Of a stretch of 64,000 bases of DNA, positions 13,958 to 27,023 are shown in pieces; position 1 is the stretch's first letter; the number at the start of each line of letters is the position of its first letter. A model generated the notes under the pieces. That model did not search any database. It saw only the letters and a list, made by a program, of their open reading frames with translations, and was not told the origin of the DNA. Both the position numbers and the translations under genes were made by a program. The DNA is from Camelus ferus (Eukaryota): positions 79,982,001 to 80,046,000 of the forward strand of contig NC_045697.1 in NCBI RefSeq assembly GCF_009834535.1, given 5' to 3'.

Positions 13958-14057
13958 AATGGCCTTACCCCGCTCCATGTTGCTGCTCATTATGACAACC
14001 AGAAGGTGGCGCTGCTATTACTGGAGAAGGGTGCGTCCTCCTCATGCCACTGCCAAG
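13958..14057 (+). CDS. ANK2: ANK2 exon, 100 nt as given (expected 99): [33 protein letters not shown] with a 1-nt insertion near 14036-14041
   Basis: tttacAG acceptor, GTGAGG donor at 14058. The sequence reads GCG TCC T CCT CAT GCC ACT GCC AAG, so PHATAK lies in a shifted frame, as also seen in ORF 13959..14153. Confidence 0.93.
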
Positions 14058-14189
14058 GTGAGGACCATAGAGAGAATTTATAGACAGAGTGTGACTACTC
14101 TGACAGCATGTGGGAATTGTGTTTTGTTTTTTTTTTTAAACACTTGGTATTGATATACCTGCAACTAACTAGTCCTGGTAAGAGTAGCT

Positions 14190-15535
14190 TTTGGTGTTTT
14201 TGTTTGTTTGTTTTTTTGTTTTTGTTTGTTTTTGTTTTTGTTTTTATTTATTTTTTTAACATTTTTTATTGACTTATAATCACTTTACAATGTTGTGTCA
14301 AATTCCAGTGTTCAGCACATTTTTTCAGTCATTCATGGACATATACACACTCATTGTCACATTTTTTTCTCTGAGTTATCGTAACATTTTGTGTATATTT
14401 CCCTGTGCTATACAGTGTAATCTTGTTTATCTATTCTACAGTTTTGAAATCCCAGTCTATCCCTTCCCACCCTCCACCACCCTGGCAACCACAAGTCTGT
14501 ATTCTCTGTCTATGAGTCTATTTCTGTCCTGTATTTACGCTTTGTTTTTGTTTGTTTGTTTGTTTTTGTTTTTGTTTTTTAGATTCCACATATGAGCGAT
14601 CTCATATGGTATTTTTCTTTCTCTTTCTGGCTTACTTCACTTAAAATGACATTCTCCAGGAGCATCCATGTTGCTGCAAATGGCATTATGTTGTCAGTTT
14701 TTATGGCTGAGTAGTATTCCATTGTATAAATATACCACCTCTTCTTTATCCAGTCACCTGTTGATGGACATTTAGGCTGTTTCCATGTTTTGGCTATTGT
14801 AAATAGTGCTGCTATGAACATTGGGGTGCAGGTGTCATCCTAAAGTAGGGTTCCTTCTGGATACAAGCCCAGGAGTGGGATTCCTGGGTCATATGGTAAG
14901 TCTATTCCTAGTCTTTTGAGGAATCTCCACACTGTTTTCCATAGTGGCTGCACCAAACTGCATTCCCACCAGCAGTGTAGGAGGGTTCCCCTTTCTCCAC
15001 AGCCTCTCCAGCATTTGCCATTTGTGGATTTTTGAATGACGGCCATTCTGACTGGTGTGAGGTGATACCTCATTGTAGTTTTGATTTGCATTTCTCTGAT
15101 AATTAGTTATATTGAGCATTTTTTCATGTGCCTTTTGATCATTTGTATGTCTTCCTTGGAGAATTGCTTGTTTAGGTCTTCTGCCCATTTTTGGATTGGG
15201 TTGTTTATTTTTTTCTTATTGAGTCATATGAGCTGCTTATATATTCTGGAGATCAAGCTTTTGTTGGTTTCATTTGCAAAAATTTTCTCCCATTCCCTAG
15301 GTTGTCTTCTTGTTTTACTTCTGGTTTCCTTTGCTGTGCAGAAGCTTGTAAGTTTCATTAGGTCCCATTTGTTTATTCTTGCTTTTATTTCTTCTAGGAG
15401 AAAATTTTTGAAATGTATGTCAGATAATGTTTTGCCTATGTTTTCCTCTAGGAGGTTTATTGTATCTTGTCTTATGTTTAAGTCTTTGATCCATTTTGAG
15501 TTGATTTTTGTATATGGTGTAAGGGAGTGTTCTAG
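14190..15535 (-). mobile_element. Relatively young 5'-truncated LINE-1 (~1.35 kb) with ORF2 C-terminus
   Basis: ORFs 14840..15091 ([18 protein letters not shown] zinc knuckle) and 14579..14821 (MFIAALFTIAKTWKQPKCP) are in one frame, separated by a single TAG. GTTT-rich tail; candidate TSD TAGCTTTT at 14185-14192 and 15533-15540. Confidence 0.95.
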
Positions 15536-16214
15536 CTTTTTTTTGTTTTTTGTTTTTTGTCATTTCTCCCTGTTTCTTCCGCAAAGCCTGTAAGATTTTT
15601 TAAGTCAGCCAATATTACAGGGATGTATCCAGGAGCCAGTAAAGATGACACTTCAGATTTTGATTGCCAACACTCTGCTTTAGAGACAGCAGTATGAATT
15701 TTGAGAAGAGAAACATAAGAAAGGCAGTTCAGGTTTTTCTCCTCCTGTATAAAAAGAATGTTATGATACACTTACCTTTTTATTCATTCCTTCCTTCAGA
15801 CCTCAGATTTTTCATTGTGCTGTTTGAAAGACTCTGTTTCTTTGTTTTTTAAATGTTTCATTTGTGTGGGCTATAGCCTACATCTTTTTAAGTTCCTAGG
15901 CTAGGGATGTATTTTGGGGTTATATGTAGCACCAACTCATAAAACAGCTCCAACTGAGACATGAACCCTTGGACAGGGTGTTTCCCACCATTTGAGTTGC
16001 CCCTTTTTTATGCTGAAAATATACATGAATGTCATATAACATATAAAGTGATTGTTACATCTTTCGTTTATTCATTCAACAAACATATTGAGAACATGTC
16101 AGAGTTTATTTAAAAAGAAAAAAATATTTTTTGTGATGGGAAAATATTCATGCTGTATTAGATGACATAATAAAACAACTATTACCAATTATATGCCAAA
16201 AACTGCACCTAGTG

Positions 16215-16390
16215 CTGTAGTATAAGCATATCTCACTTAATCTCATAATTTTTACAGATACAAAAATGAGATTTAAATAGGTTAATTTGTAAGTCCAAAG
16301 TCACATGACTAATAATTGATAGAGCTTGGATTGACCTCAGACAATCTGACTTTAGAGCCAGCACTCTGAACATTAGGTCTACGGTGTTCC
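16215..16390 (-). mobile_element. MIR SINE (degenerate)
   Basis: MIR core-like ttttacagat...ccaaagtcaca...tctgactttagagcc. Confidence 0.65.
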
Positions 16391-18765
16391 AAAGCAGTAG
16401 AGAGAGAATTATTTCTACTTCTACTGTATAAATATTTACATGTATATTCACATGTCTATTTAAATTATACACACTCTACATATATAATAAAATGAAATGG
16501 TCTATGTAAAAGTGAATTCTGTATATACCAAGTGTTGTGTATATAAATAAGTTATATATAACAAACTATTTATATATAGAACTTTGTACCCATAACTATA
16601 GATACACTTATATATCTTTATCTACATAAATAGATACATAGATAGGTATTTTGTTGGTACAAATATACAGCTTACAATAAAATAATTACACTGTCAAAAG
16701 AGGAGGACAAATTTTATAATCACACATATCATTTTTATTCCTTTATAACCCTTTCTCTATAATCACATCAATTCTGCATTTGTTTTATGTCTTTTTTCGT
16801 ACTATATTATGAACTATTTGAGGACAGTAATCATGTCATTTTCATTTGCATATCTTGGAGGTGTCTCGTACAATTTTATGTGGGTTCTCAATACATCTGA
16901 ATAAAAGAATGAAGACTGAGCAACTATTTCAACAGAATGAAAAATCTGCTCATTGAATATGCCAGGATTTCTTTCATTAACTTTCCAGGCTGCGTATGTT
17001 GAACAAAGAGATGAAAGGCTTCATCAATACCCAACACAACAGTTTATTTGAGCTCTTAATATGTATAACGAAAGGATTGTAGTAAAATTAAAATGCATGT
17101 TCTCTCCCACAAGGGACTCTCAATCTACCAGGAAGAGAAGACCTAAATTACAAAATAATGTGTATGGTTTTTCTAAAGAGACAGATGTAGCCTTGATCTC
17201 TGGCCTCTATAGAGTATGGTCCTTACTCTTCAATGCAGATGAACAGAGTCCAGATGGCTAGGTAAAGTACCCTCCACCCCACAGTCCACAGCGGGGTGGG
17301 GTCAGGAGGCTCCTCCAGTGTCTTCCACGCATCTGCCCCAGGCTGTCAGTAAGCATGAGTCCTTTAGCTCTGGGGCCACTCCAGGAAGCTTCCATTTGGT
17401 GGGACCTCACCCTTACCTACACTTTTGACTCTCTCTTCACTACAGTTTCCCACCCCACTCCCAACACATACAGTCCCTTGGACCCCAGAACCTCTTTGCT
17501 TCTTTCTGCCAGAGACCAGAATCTTTTCTTAGTCTTCATTGAGTTTGATGTTGTTGTTGTTATTTGGTTCCAAAACCTTTTACTCTACGTGGAGTAAGAT
17601 GGTTTTTCAGACTTGCAGGTCAAGTACATGCTGGACAGTTAGACCTCTTATCTTGCTAAAATTCTACACTCTCTTTGATGACCTTTTATGTTGTTTTGTT
17701 AAAACTCCCCTGTTCTCCTCTGTATATGTCTCTGACTTTACCTAACCTCGGTAAGTTTACTGATACTTTGCTTAACCTTGGTAAAGCCTGTGCTGCAGGA
17801 ATGAGGCGAGTTAGGGCTGCAGAAAACTCACTTTAGCAGAAAAAATGTTTAAACTTCTAGGGTCTACAAAAATCTATGTGCCCTTTTATTTGGTAGAATC
17901 TGTGGTCCCAGTGTGATGTTCTAGAGCACATGGAGCATCAAGGACCTATGATCAGACACTGAAAAGACTTCTAAGAGCTGCTGTCAAGTTTTCTGAGCAG
18001 CCTAAAGAGAAATATCATTCATCTGAACTGAAAGATGCTGACTTTGACTTAGAGAGATGAAGACAGAATGGATAGATAATGGGACATTTGAGGATCAAGA
18101 TTTCATGACAACACATAAGGACATTTACAGTCTCAAAACTGCTTTTTATTTTTGGTACACTTTGCAGTTAGACTTCAGGAAATAACAGGACCTAAAATTC
18201 TCCTTAGGGTCTCACGAGAAGCACTTGATCAATATGCTTGCTGTCTTTCCCCTCAGTACGTCACAGTGAATGGCAAAGCTACTGTTTTCAATTTCTTTCA
18301 CACATTTTTCATAGAAAAGTCTACCAGACGATAAAGAAAAGGAAAGGAAGCAATATAGGTTAGACTTAACACTTGTTCAGAATTTTGTTTGTTTGCTTTT
18401 TTTGGGTCCTAAGTATGGGGTTTAAAGTTTGGGTCTTGTAAGCAAAATATGAGTTCCTCTCGTCCTCTCCACAAACTTCCACGTAAAGCCATTAGTTTCA
18501 GATTTCCGCTTTTGAGCCAGCAGTTTGTAGAGACAAAGGGGAGATGCAGGGTTTTAATTGACCACAGAATTCATATAAGCTAATTTTGTTGTTTCATTTC
18601 TTTTTCACTAGGATGCAACCCCTTAAAGACAGAGATCAGGTCTTGTCCACCTTGGTATCCCCACCTAGCATGCATATGCTTAGTACTTACTAAATAGTGG
18701 TTGAATGAGTAAAAAGTACAATCCAACCAGAAGCATATTAGTAGGAGTGTTATAACAAGATCATA

Positions 18766-18925
18766 GAGGAGGGAGGGTATAGCTCAGTGGTAGGGTGTGT
18801 GCTTAGCATGCACAAGGTCCTGGGTTCAATCCTCAGTACCTCCGTTAAAAAAAAAAAAAAACCTAATTGCCTCCCACATGAAAAACCAAACAAAAATAAA
18901 TAAATTAATTAATTAAAAAAAAACC
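18766..18925 (+). mobile_element. tRNA-derived SINE (camelid Vic-1-like), full length
   Basis: GGGAGGGTATAGCTCAGTGGTAG...GGTCCTGGGTTCAATCC, A-rich tail, TSD CAAGATCATA at 18756-18765 and 18926-18935. Confidence 0.9.
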
Positions 18926-18939
18926 CAAGATCATATAAA

Positions 18940-19200
18940 TAATTCCATTTTATTCTGTGCAACTAAAACCATATCTGAAGTAGAGCATTCAGTTCTAGGC
19001 AGCACAATTCAAGAGCTATATTGACAAACTAGAATCAGTCCAGAACAGGTCGTCCTTAATGGAGAGAGGTCCAGAAATAGAGCTTCTGTCAGGAATAGTT
19101 GAAAGAATGGGAAATTTAGCCTGGAAAAGGGAAGACTAAAGGGATCTATGAAAACCATCTCCAGGTATTTAAAGGACAGTTGTAGAAGAGGAATCTGGCT
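18940..19200 (+). mobile_element. Ancient L3/CR1 LINE fragment
   Basis: cattcagttctagg...attgacaaactagaa...gtccag...tttagcctggaaaagggaagact matches the recalled CR1/L3 3' ORF region. Confidence 0.7.
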
Positions 19201-19481
19201 TATTGCTTCTCAGGAGCAGCATTATGAGGGGGAGATTTTAAGCTTTGGGGCATTGGTGTCTGTGTCTGTCTTCCAGGGAAGTAGCATGGAATGCCTTGTG
19301 ACATGGGTTGCAAGGATTTGGGTGTTGTTGGACAGAAACTTATGATGGGCAAGAATTTGAATTTACCGTAAACTCACTTTGAATGTTCCTATTGATTAGA
19401 GACTCTTATTTCCTTCAGACATTTATCAGGGCAATTGTTAAACTTCCAATATATGAATTTGATATTATTATTATTTTTTAG

Positions 19482-19679
19482 AATGGCTATACTCCTTTAC
19501 ATATTGCTGCCAAGAAGAATCAAATGCAGATAGCTTCCACACTCCTGAACTATGGCGCAGAGACGAACATTGTGACAAAACAAGGAGTCACTCCACTGCA
19601 TCTGGCCTCACAAGAGGGGCACACAGATATGGTCACCTTGCTTCTGGACAAGGGAGCCAATATCCACATGTCAACCAAG
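19482..19679 (+). CDS. ANK2: ANK2 exon, 198 nt: [66 protein letters not shown]
   Basis: tatttttAG acceptor, GTATTC donor at 19680, two ankyrin repeats. Confidence 0.97.
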
Positions 19680-20447
19680 GTATTCTGGTTTTGACTCTTG
19701 CTTTAGTGAAGAGTCTTCTGGATGAATGTAAATAGAAACCAATCAAAGATAACTTGGAACAAAAAGGGGGTGTGTATTGAAAAGAAACAGAGATATCCTC
19801 TAGAATTCAAGGGTAGCAAAGGAGTCAAGCCCCATGAGGGACTGGAAAACCACAAGGAAACAAGAAGTGAGGTTCACAGGCCCAGCCATAGGGCTACATG
19901 TTTGCATCTTGACTTTTCCCTGCAAGTCAGTTACATTTACCTCCCTCTGTGGATCTGCTTCCTCTGCTTCTCTGGGTATGTGAACAAAGAGGCTGCCCCA
20001 TGGCTCCCAAGAGTTAACATCACTGCAGTTCAAGCAGTCAGGCCAGATTGCTGTAGTACCTGCTGGTCCTAATTCCAAATTCCAGAGAGGAAGAGATGTG
20101 GCAGCCTCATCTGGGGTCCAGCTCAAACGAGTGCTTCTGAGCTGCTGGTCTGTGCCCATGACCCAAGTCATTTTTCAGCTAGGCACTGGGGCAGGGGGCA
20201 GTAAACATAGATTTCTGAGCCAGCCTCAGCCTAGCCTGGGTGATGGTGGTGGTGGTCAGAGAATCAGTGTTTTTAATAAAGCACCTCTTTCATTCAAGCC
20301 TTGCTCAAGAGAATAGCCTTTGTGGGTAAGAATATTAACCATAATAGAATAATAGGGATATACCAAAAAAAGATATTATTCAAATATGAAAATATTTAGA
20401 TTTTTACAAGTATGTGTCAGTCTCTCTCCATATATATCTATAGCCTT

Positions 20448-20497
20448 ATCTATCTATCATCTATCTATCTGTCTATCTATCCATCCATCCATCCATC
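20448..20497. repeat. (TCTA)n(TCCA)n compound tetranucleotide repeat
   Basis: Directly visible. Confidence 0.85.
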
Positions 20498-23400
20498 TGG
20501 TTTATATTTATCTTACACTTCTATATACTCCACTGGAGCCAGCTGCTGGGAAACAAAAAACTGGAGCATGTATTTATAAGTCAGTTCATCATTTACATCA
20601 CTTAATGCTTTTTTGTAGCACATGGCATGGGTTTAGTGAAAATTAAGTTTCTTAGGATTTTCTGCAAATACACAAATAAGATGTTTTCCACATCTCCTGT
20701 CGAGTTAATTAGTACTTTTGGGGACTCGATTGTAAATTAGTCTTAGTAACACTTGTAAATAGGTTATGTAGTATATGTCCTTTAGGAAAGCTGTGAGGAA
20801 GACAGGCTGTCTTGAATGCCTCTGGGGTCCTGTTCTGCGGCTCTGTCACTCAGAAGTGTTCCAGTTCATCCCGTGCCCTGACGCACTTCTCTCTTCTCTA
20901 TCAGAAGTCCTCACAGATCCTTTTTTAAAGTATGATGAGATTGATTATAGGCTTAGCCCTCCAAAAGATATTTGCATTTTAACAAGAATGAACATGATGA
21001 AGCCTTATGGCAACGTTCAGTATGTCAGACAAACAGTCATTCAAGTCTGGGGCATGGATTTCCTTGTGGTCATTAAAGTCATGCCATTCAGGTGGTCTTT
21101 TACCCTGTTGGGAGTCTTCTTACCATGAAATCAACAATAGAATATTTTATTTAACATCAGTATACAGATGGGTCGTGTAAGTGTTTACTGTCCATTAAAA
21201 ACAAATCTTCCTTCGAAATAAACACAAGAAATCCATAAACAAATCAAGCAAGACTTTGAGTAGAATGGAAATTCTTGACAGTTCATGAACTGATCACGCA
21301 ATGCTTCTGATTGTATAATTTTTAATTCATTAAAATGGTACGTACGTATCTGGAATCAGTTCACCATGTTCTCCCCAATGGTATTTTTCTAAACATATTA
21401 CTTCCTTTGAGAGAGTTTTAGCAGTCAGTCAGCAAATACTTAATGAGTATTTTTGAATTGCACACTCAGCAATAGAAAAAAATAATCAGTTTGGACCACA
21501 AGAGTTTATATTATCTTTATAAAAATGATTTCAACATTGGATGGTGTCCTAAGAATAAAGGCATGATGTATTTGTCACTAGAGTAAAACTTTAGTAAATA
21601 TGTTAAGTTATACCTAAATAACAATATAATATGTAAAAATACCAGCTTGAATTTGGTTGGTATTTATAATTATAAATTATGATAACAAATAAATAAATTA
21701 TATATAAAATAAATAAATTTATAATTATACTTATAAGATAATGCAACTGTGGAAGTATCTCTGGTAATAAGCAAATCGATAATAAATTTTCCCATTGCAT
21801 TTGTAAAGTACATACATTCTTTTTCTATTTAAGACTAACTGAAATCATTAATTTCATATTCTCCAAATGGTTATTTCTCAGTAAGAACTATAATATAGAA
21901 ATGATGTTACAATCCTTATCTAACCACCATGTAATAATAAAATAGAACCAGTTGTAGAGTCCACCAGCACATCTTAGGAAATAAATTACTTTTTTTGAAA
22001 AGAACTCCTTCAACATCTTCTATTTGTTTTGAATTATTAGGAAGGTTTACGTAGCTTGATTCAGGTATGCATGTTTACCATAATAAACTGTAGAGGATTT
22101 TCATACTGGTTGTTAGTTTGCAATCTTTTATTGTAGAAAATCCATTCTGCAAATAGAGTAGAAAACGGCACATATATTTGAAATGCCATTAAAGATGCCT
22201 TTGAGATATTTGATGATCACTTAATTTAATGATCACTTCAGTAACACTTTTAAAAGATCAGAATCTCTGAGGAGAAGTATTTTTGTGTTCTCTATTTTAA
22301 TATGGAGAAAATCAAGATGAAGAATAATCTTCTGTTTTGTCCTAATATTCATACTGTTTATACTTTGGGACTGTATACTATTTGTTTAGAAGTTATGACA
22401 TTTTAATGCAAAAGGGTATATCTTCCATCTCATCCTCATGGTTTATGAAACGCAAAGCTGAACTCAGCCAGAACTATGTGGATTAAAAAGCCTCAGGCTC
22501 TTAAGTATAAAGCCTTTTCTCTAGTTGGAGATGTTTTTTTTTTCTCCGTAGATATCACTTAGATTTTTTTAAAGGTCGGAGAACTTGTCAGTCTCTAGAA
22601 GTAACACCATGGCTAGAGATCATGAATTTTGAAGAATGTGGTTTAGCTTTCTCAACCTAGCCTGATGCAGGAGAGCAGGCCTGCAAAGCCGTGGTCAAGA
22701 GGTCTGGTCCGTTTTAGTTGGATATAAATTGGTGGAGTGGGGGTGCCGACTCAGAGCACAAGTAAGGTTCCTCAGTATAGAGCTGCAGGATGTACAGGAA
22801 GAGGGCAAATATACGAGGTATTTGAACAACAGTAGCAAGAGAGAAACACATGTTATGGATAGTCTGTTAGTTAGAATATAAGCTCTGTGAAGGCAGAAGC
22901 TTTGGTTCACTGATACAGTCAAGTGCCCAGAATACTTCCTGGCATATGAAAGGTACTCAAGAAACACCTGCTACACATACAAATGATTTAGGTTTTAAAG
23001 CTACTCTTTAAATTTCAGTTTTGCTTGATGGAAGATACTTACACATGTAGTGAGGCTGCCAGATTGTGGCACTGACCAAATAAACCACTTTCCCCCTCCT
23101 TTCTCATGTTTTTATCTTTTATTAATTCTTGACTATACTTTATTTGCATATTCAATTAATCAAAATAATTACTTGATGGATATATGGCAGGAAATTTACA
23201 TAACACTGGTCAATTTATGATGCTCTATATAAATGATGGGGTTACTTTTTATTTAGCACAGAGAGGAACCCCCAACATAGTATACTATCTTTGGGTGCTG
23301 GAGAAAATTATTCTGAACTCATTTCCTGTAACTCTGGACTTTTTTATATTGATACGATATTTTATTGATGAAAATATGGATTGTTGCCATGGTTATCAAG

Positions 23401-23751
23401 TAGAGGTAGTAATTGGCTGATCAACTATTTGAGTAAATAAATAGATTCAGCAGGAGGCACAGATGGGTTTGAAATGACTGTTATTTGCAAGCTTATTAGC
23501 TGAGTTATTTTAAAGTCTTACATCATGAGTACCCAATATAGAAAATGTAATTTGCAGAAAGTGTTGATTAACTTCGAGAGTATGTCTTGGATAGGAAGTC
23601 ATATTAACTTGGAGGGTTTGTCTTATATATCAAAAGATGCAGTTCCTGGGGAGAGGCTATGAATTTTCCAGGAGTTCTTCAAGACGTGACATTACAGATG
23701 ATGCAGTGTATCTTCTTCAACTGTACCCGTTTGCTTCCCTTCTCTCTACAG

Positions 23752-23850
23752 AGTGGACTCACATCCTTACACCTTGCCGCCCAGGAAGATAAAGTGAATG
23801 TTGCTGATATTCTCACCAAGCATGGGGCTGACCAGGATGCTCACACAAAG
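23752..23850 (+). CDS. ANK2: ANK2 exon, 99 nt: [33 protein letters not shown]
   Basis: tctctctacAG acceptor, GTAGGG donor at 23851. Confidence 0.97.
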
Positions 23851-24544
23851 GTAGGGCAAGTCACTGTCAGTATTGTGACAAGTTCTGACTCGGATGATTC
23901 CCAGTAGCCCCCATTTAGGTCACCCCTAGTCTAAGCTCCATCCCCCCCTCAAAATCCCATTCTGAATTATTTATGACTCTCTCCTGCTCACAAATCTATA
24001 ATGCTTCTCCATTTTTGCTAGAATTAAGTCCAAATGGATAGCAATAATAGGACTCTTTACAAAAAGACGCCAGTTTTGCAGACTTAAGTCCACCCTCTCT
24101 CCCTTATCACTTCAGCTAGTGGGGATGACTTGCTGTTCTCATCCTGTGCTTGCCTCCTCCATGCCCTTGGTTGTGAAATGCAATGCCGTGAAGTTCTATG
24201 AGCTCACAGTGGCTACATTTATTCATGCATCTCCTCTGGGTCCTCCTATCAGACTCAGTCTCTCTACCCTGTTTTCAGATCCTATTATCCATCTCTTTCT
24301 CTTAGCTCTTTGTCAGATTAAGTGGACACACGTCTCCCTTGCTGTGTTAAGTTCCTGTGTTCAGGGATCTGTCCCTATTCATATTTATATCCACAGAACG
24401 CATGTATCATTTGCCAAGTAATATTTGTACCATCAAACAGAATTTCTACCCAATCTACCATAACCGAAGCTCTCCCTAATCCCCCATCCCTTGAGTATTT
24501 ACCACTACAGTAGTTATTTATTTGTTTATTATTATTATTTATAG

Positions 24545-24643
24545 CTTGGTTACACTCCTTTAATCGTGGCCTGTCACTATGGAAATGTGAAAATGGTCAA
24601 CTTTCTTCTGAAGCAGGGAGCAAATGTCAATGCAAAAACCAAG
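24545..24643 (+). CDS. ANK2: ANK2 exon, 99 nt: [33 protein letters not shown]
   Basis: tatttatAG acceptor, GTAAAA donor at 24644. Confidence 0.97.
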
Positions 24644-26608
24644 GTAAAATAGTTGTACTCATTTTTATTTTCTATATGCAAATGGTTCAGCCATATGACA
24701 CTTCACCAGCTCACCATAGCTACAAATGTATTTTCCTTTTAGTTCTTCTAAAGTGATTTTGAGTAAGTGATGTATTGTTGCAGTTGTTTGGACTTTTCAT
24801 CCTAATGACTTTTGACAGCCATGTAGGTTAGCTTCAGAACGACTTCTGTGGTAAAGTTCCAGTAGCTGACATGGATTTAACAGTTTACTGCAGGGTATGA
24901 TAGTTGCCTAGTTAGAACATCTTGATGTTCTGCCCGATTTCCTTTACATTGTTTCCAGGCCTTGGCCCCCATTGCCCAATCCTCAGTACAGGCAGTGTGC
25001 CTTTCAGTTTTAATAAACCCTGTCGTATTTGGAATATCACATGGTCATGCTCAGTGAGGCAATAATATGTAAGGCCTGGGTTGGAAGTTTTCAAGGATAA
25101 TGCAGAGCTGACTTAATCCCAAGTGTTTTTCCCAGTGGTATCTGAAGGGTCCCTTCAGCAAAGCAAGATGGGAATATAACATCACACTTCAGTACATTCA
25201 AATTATTTCAAGAGGAAGACAAATGTGTGAAATAACGGCTGCTACTAGGCATAGTATAACTTTTGCAGCTCCAATTTTCTTGGTCCAAAAAATATGTAAT
25301 TGCAGTTTTTAAAGTTTATATATCAGAAATCTCTAATTGCAGCTATGTGAGTAGGCTCAAGTAAACTAGTGTGAGCACATTCAGGAGTTTTCGAAGTCAT
25401 CATTAAAGATGCTACTCATTAGAAGCAGAAGAAGTTTTGAAGGTCAGTCTTTTTATATCCACTTCAAAGCAGAGACAAAAGCACGTCTGTACATAAGTGT
25501 ATTTGTAGGTGAATTAAAAATAAAATTATTTTAAAGTGATAAATAACACTATTAATATTTCAGAATCAAAACTTCTAATCCAACTCTAACACGATAGATA
25601 TTGCCAAGTTGCTGACTAATTCTTGAGTTCTTGTGCAATTGTACTTTGAGACTTATTGAAAAGCTCCAAATATGAATTCTCAGGCATTCACATGTAATAG
25701 GATTTCTGTTGGGTCAGTTCACATATAAGCACTACAGGAAAGACTTTCTCGTTGGAATCCAGGTATTCTCCTGAAAGGCATAAATGCAACAATGCAATGA
25801 GATTTGGGCAGAACTTGAAAACCTTTATCATATTTGTTTTGTTAAGTGTTTGTTGAACTGGCTATAACATTTAGAAGCCAAACATATTGTCTGGATAACA
25901 TCATTTGCCTCCCTGGAGTTTGATCTGCATTCAAGTAGACATTTGGTTGAGAGAAAAATCTCATTTTAACTTTCAGATTTTTTAAAAAGTGAACTTTTTA
26001 GATTTTACTTGCTTTTGGAAACAAATACATCTTTTTATGTATCTGCAGGGAAGTGGATAGATAGATACCCAAAGGATTTCATTTAATAAACACTTCATAA
26101 TTTTATGTAGAATGACATTTTTGGAGAAGGAATTATGTTTTCTTCCTCGCCTCTCATATGTAACCATAGTTACTAAAAATTGTTTTGTTGCTATGAAAAT
26201 ATAAACATATGTATTTCCTTTACTCCTTAAACATCCATCACTTGGTATGAAAATTTGGAAAAGTTTATAAAACTTCAGTATAATATTTATAAACACAATG
26301 GAAAGGGAGAGTTTTTCAGGAAAAGAAATATCGCATACTTGATGCTCCTCAAATATCCATGGATTACCCGATTTGAGAGCAGAGTCCATGTAGGAGTGAT
26401 ACATATCTCAGAGTCCCTGTAGGGGATTTATAGCTCCAGGTTTCCTGAGGTCATTCCATTGCAGGGATGTGTATCAGACATGGCAGAGCTGATGCTATTC
26501 CAGCCTGAGGGACAGTCAGACAGATAGTTAGTCACACACGTGGTACATCCCCATAGATGGAAAGGCCATAGTGACAGCTTAGAGGGAATCATACGGCAAC
26601 CTGAGCAT

Positions 26609-27023
26609 TGTTAAAAAAAAAAATTCAACCAGGTAAATTTTTAAAATCTAATTGGCTTTATTGAAAGATTCATGAATTGGGCAGCATTTGTCAAGCGAAC
26701 AGAGGGGAGCTCCAAAGGACTACAGAAAGGGAAAGGTTTTTAAAGGCAGGACAAGAAAGTCCTAAACAAAAAAGAGTAAGGCTTAGGCAGCCTACCTCTT
26801 GGGGGTGAAAGTGGACTGTGTGGCAGAGTAACTCACCTTTCGGGGAATGGAGGGGGCCCGTGTGACAGATTACCTCCCTGGTGCCGACCAGAAAATACCA
26901 GACTGACCCGTTAAGACTGCATTTCTGGGGAAAGCTTCAGCTAGCTTAGGTATTAAGCCCCAGCTTGGTGGTGTGGCCTAGCATAAGCGACTCCATTTTG
27001 GGCCTGTGGTTTTATGTTTAACA
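26609..27023 (-). mobile_element. ERV1 (MER4-group-like) 3' LTR
   Basis: TGTTAAA...TTTAACA terminal inverted repeats, AATAAA on the - strand (~26657-26662), CAAAATGGAGTC motif on the - strand, adjacent polypurine tract at 27024-27036. Confidence 0.8.

Noticed and set aside
15081..15593. Longest ORF in the track (170 aa, + strand)
   Set aside because: Antisense reading of L1 ORF2, a common hydrophobic artefact.
18771..18842. tRNA gene-like sequence (also at 1660-1732 and 63565-63635)
   Set aside because: A-rich tails, TSDs and multiple diverged copies identify SINE heads, not functional tRNA genes.
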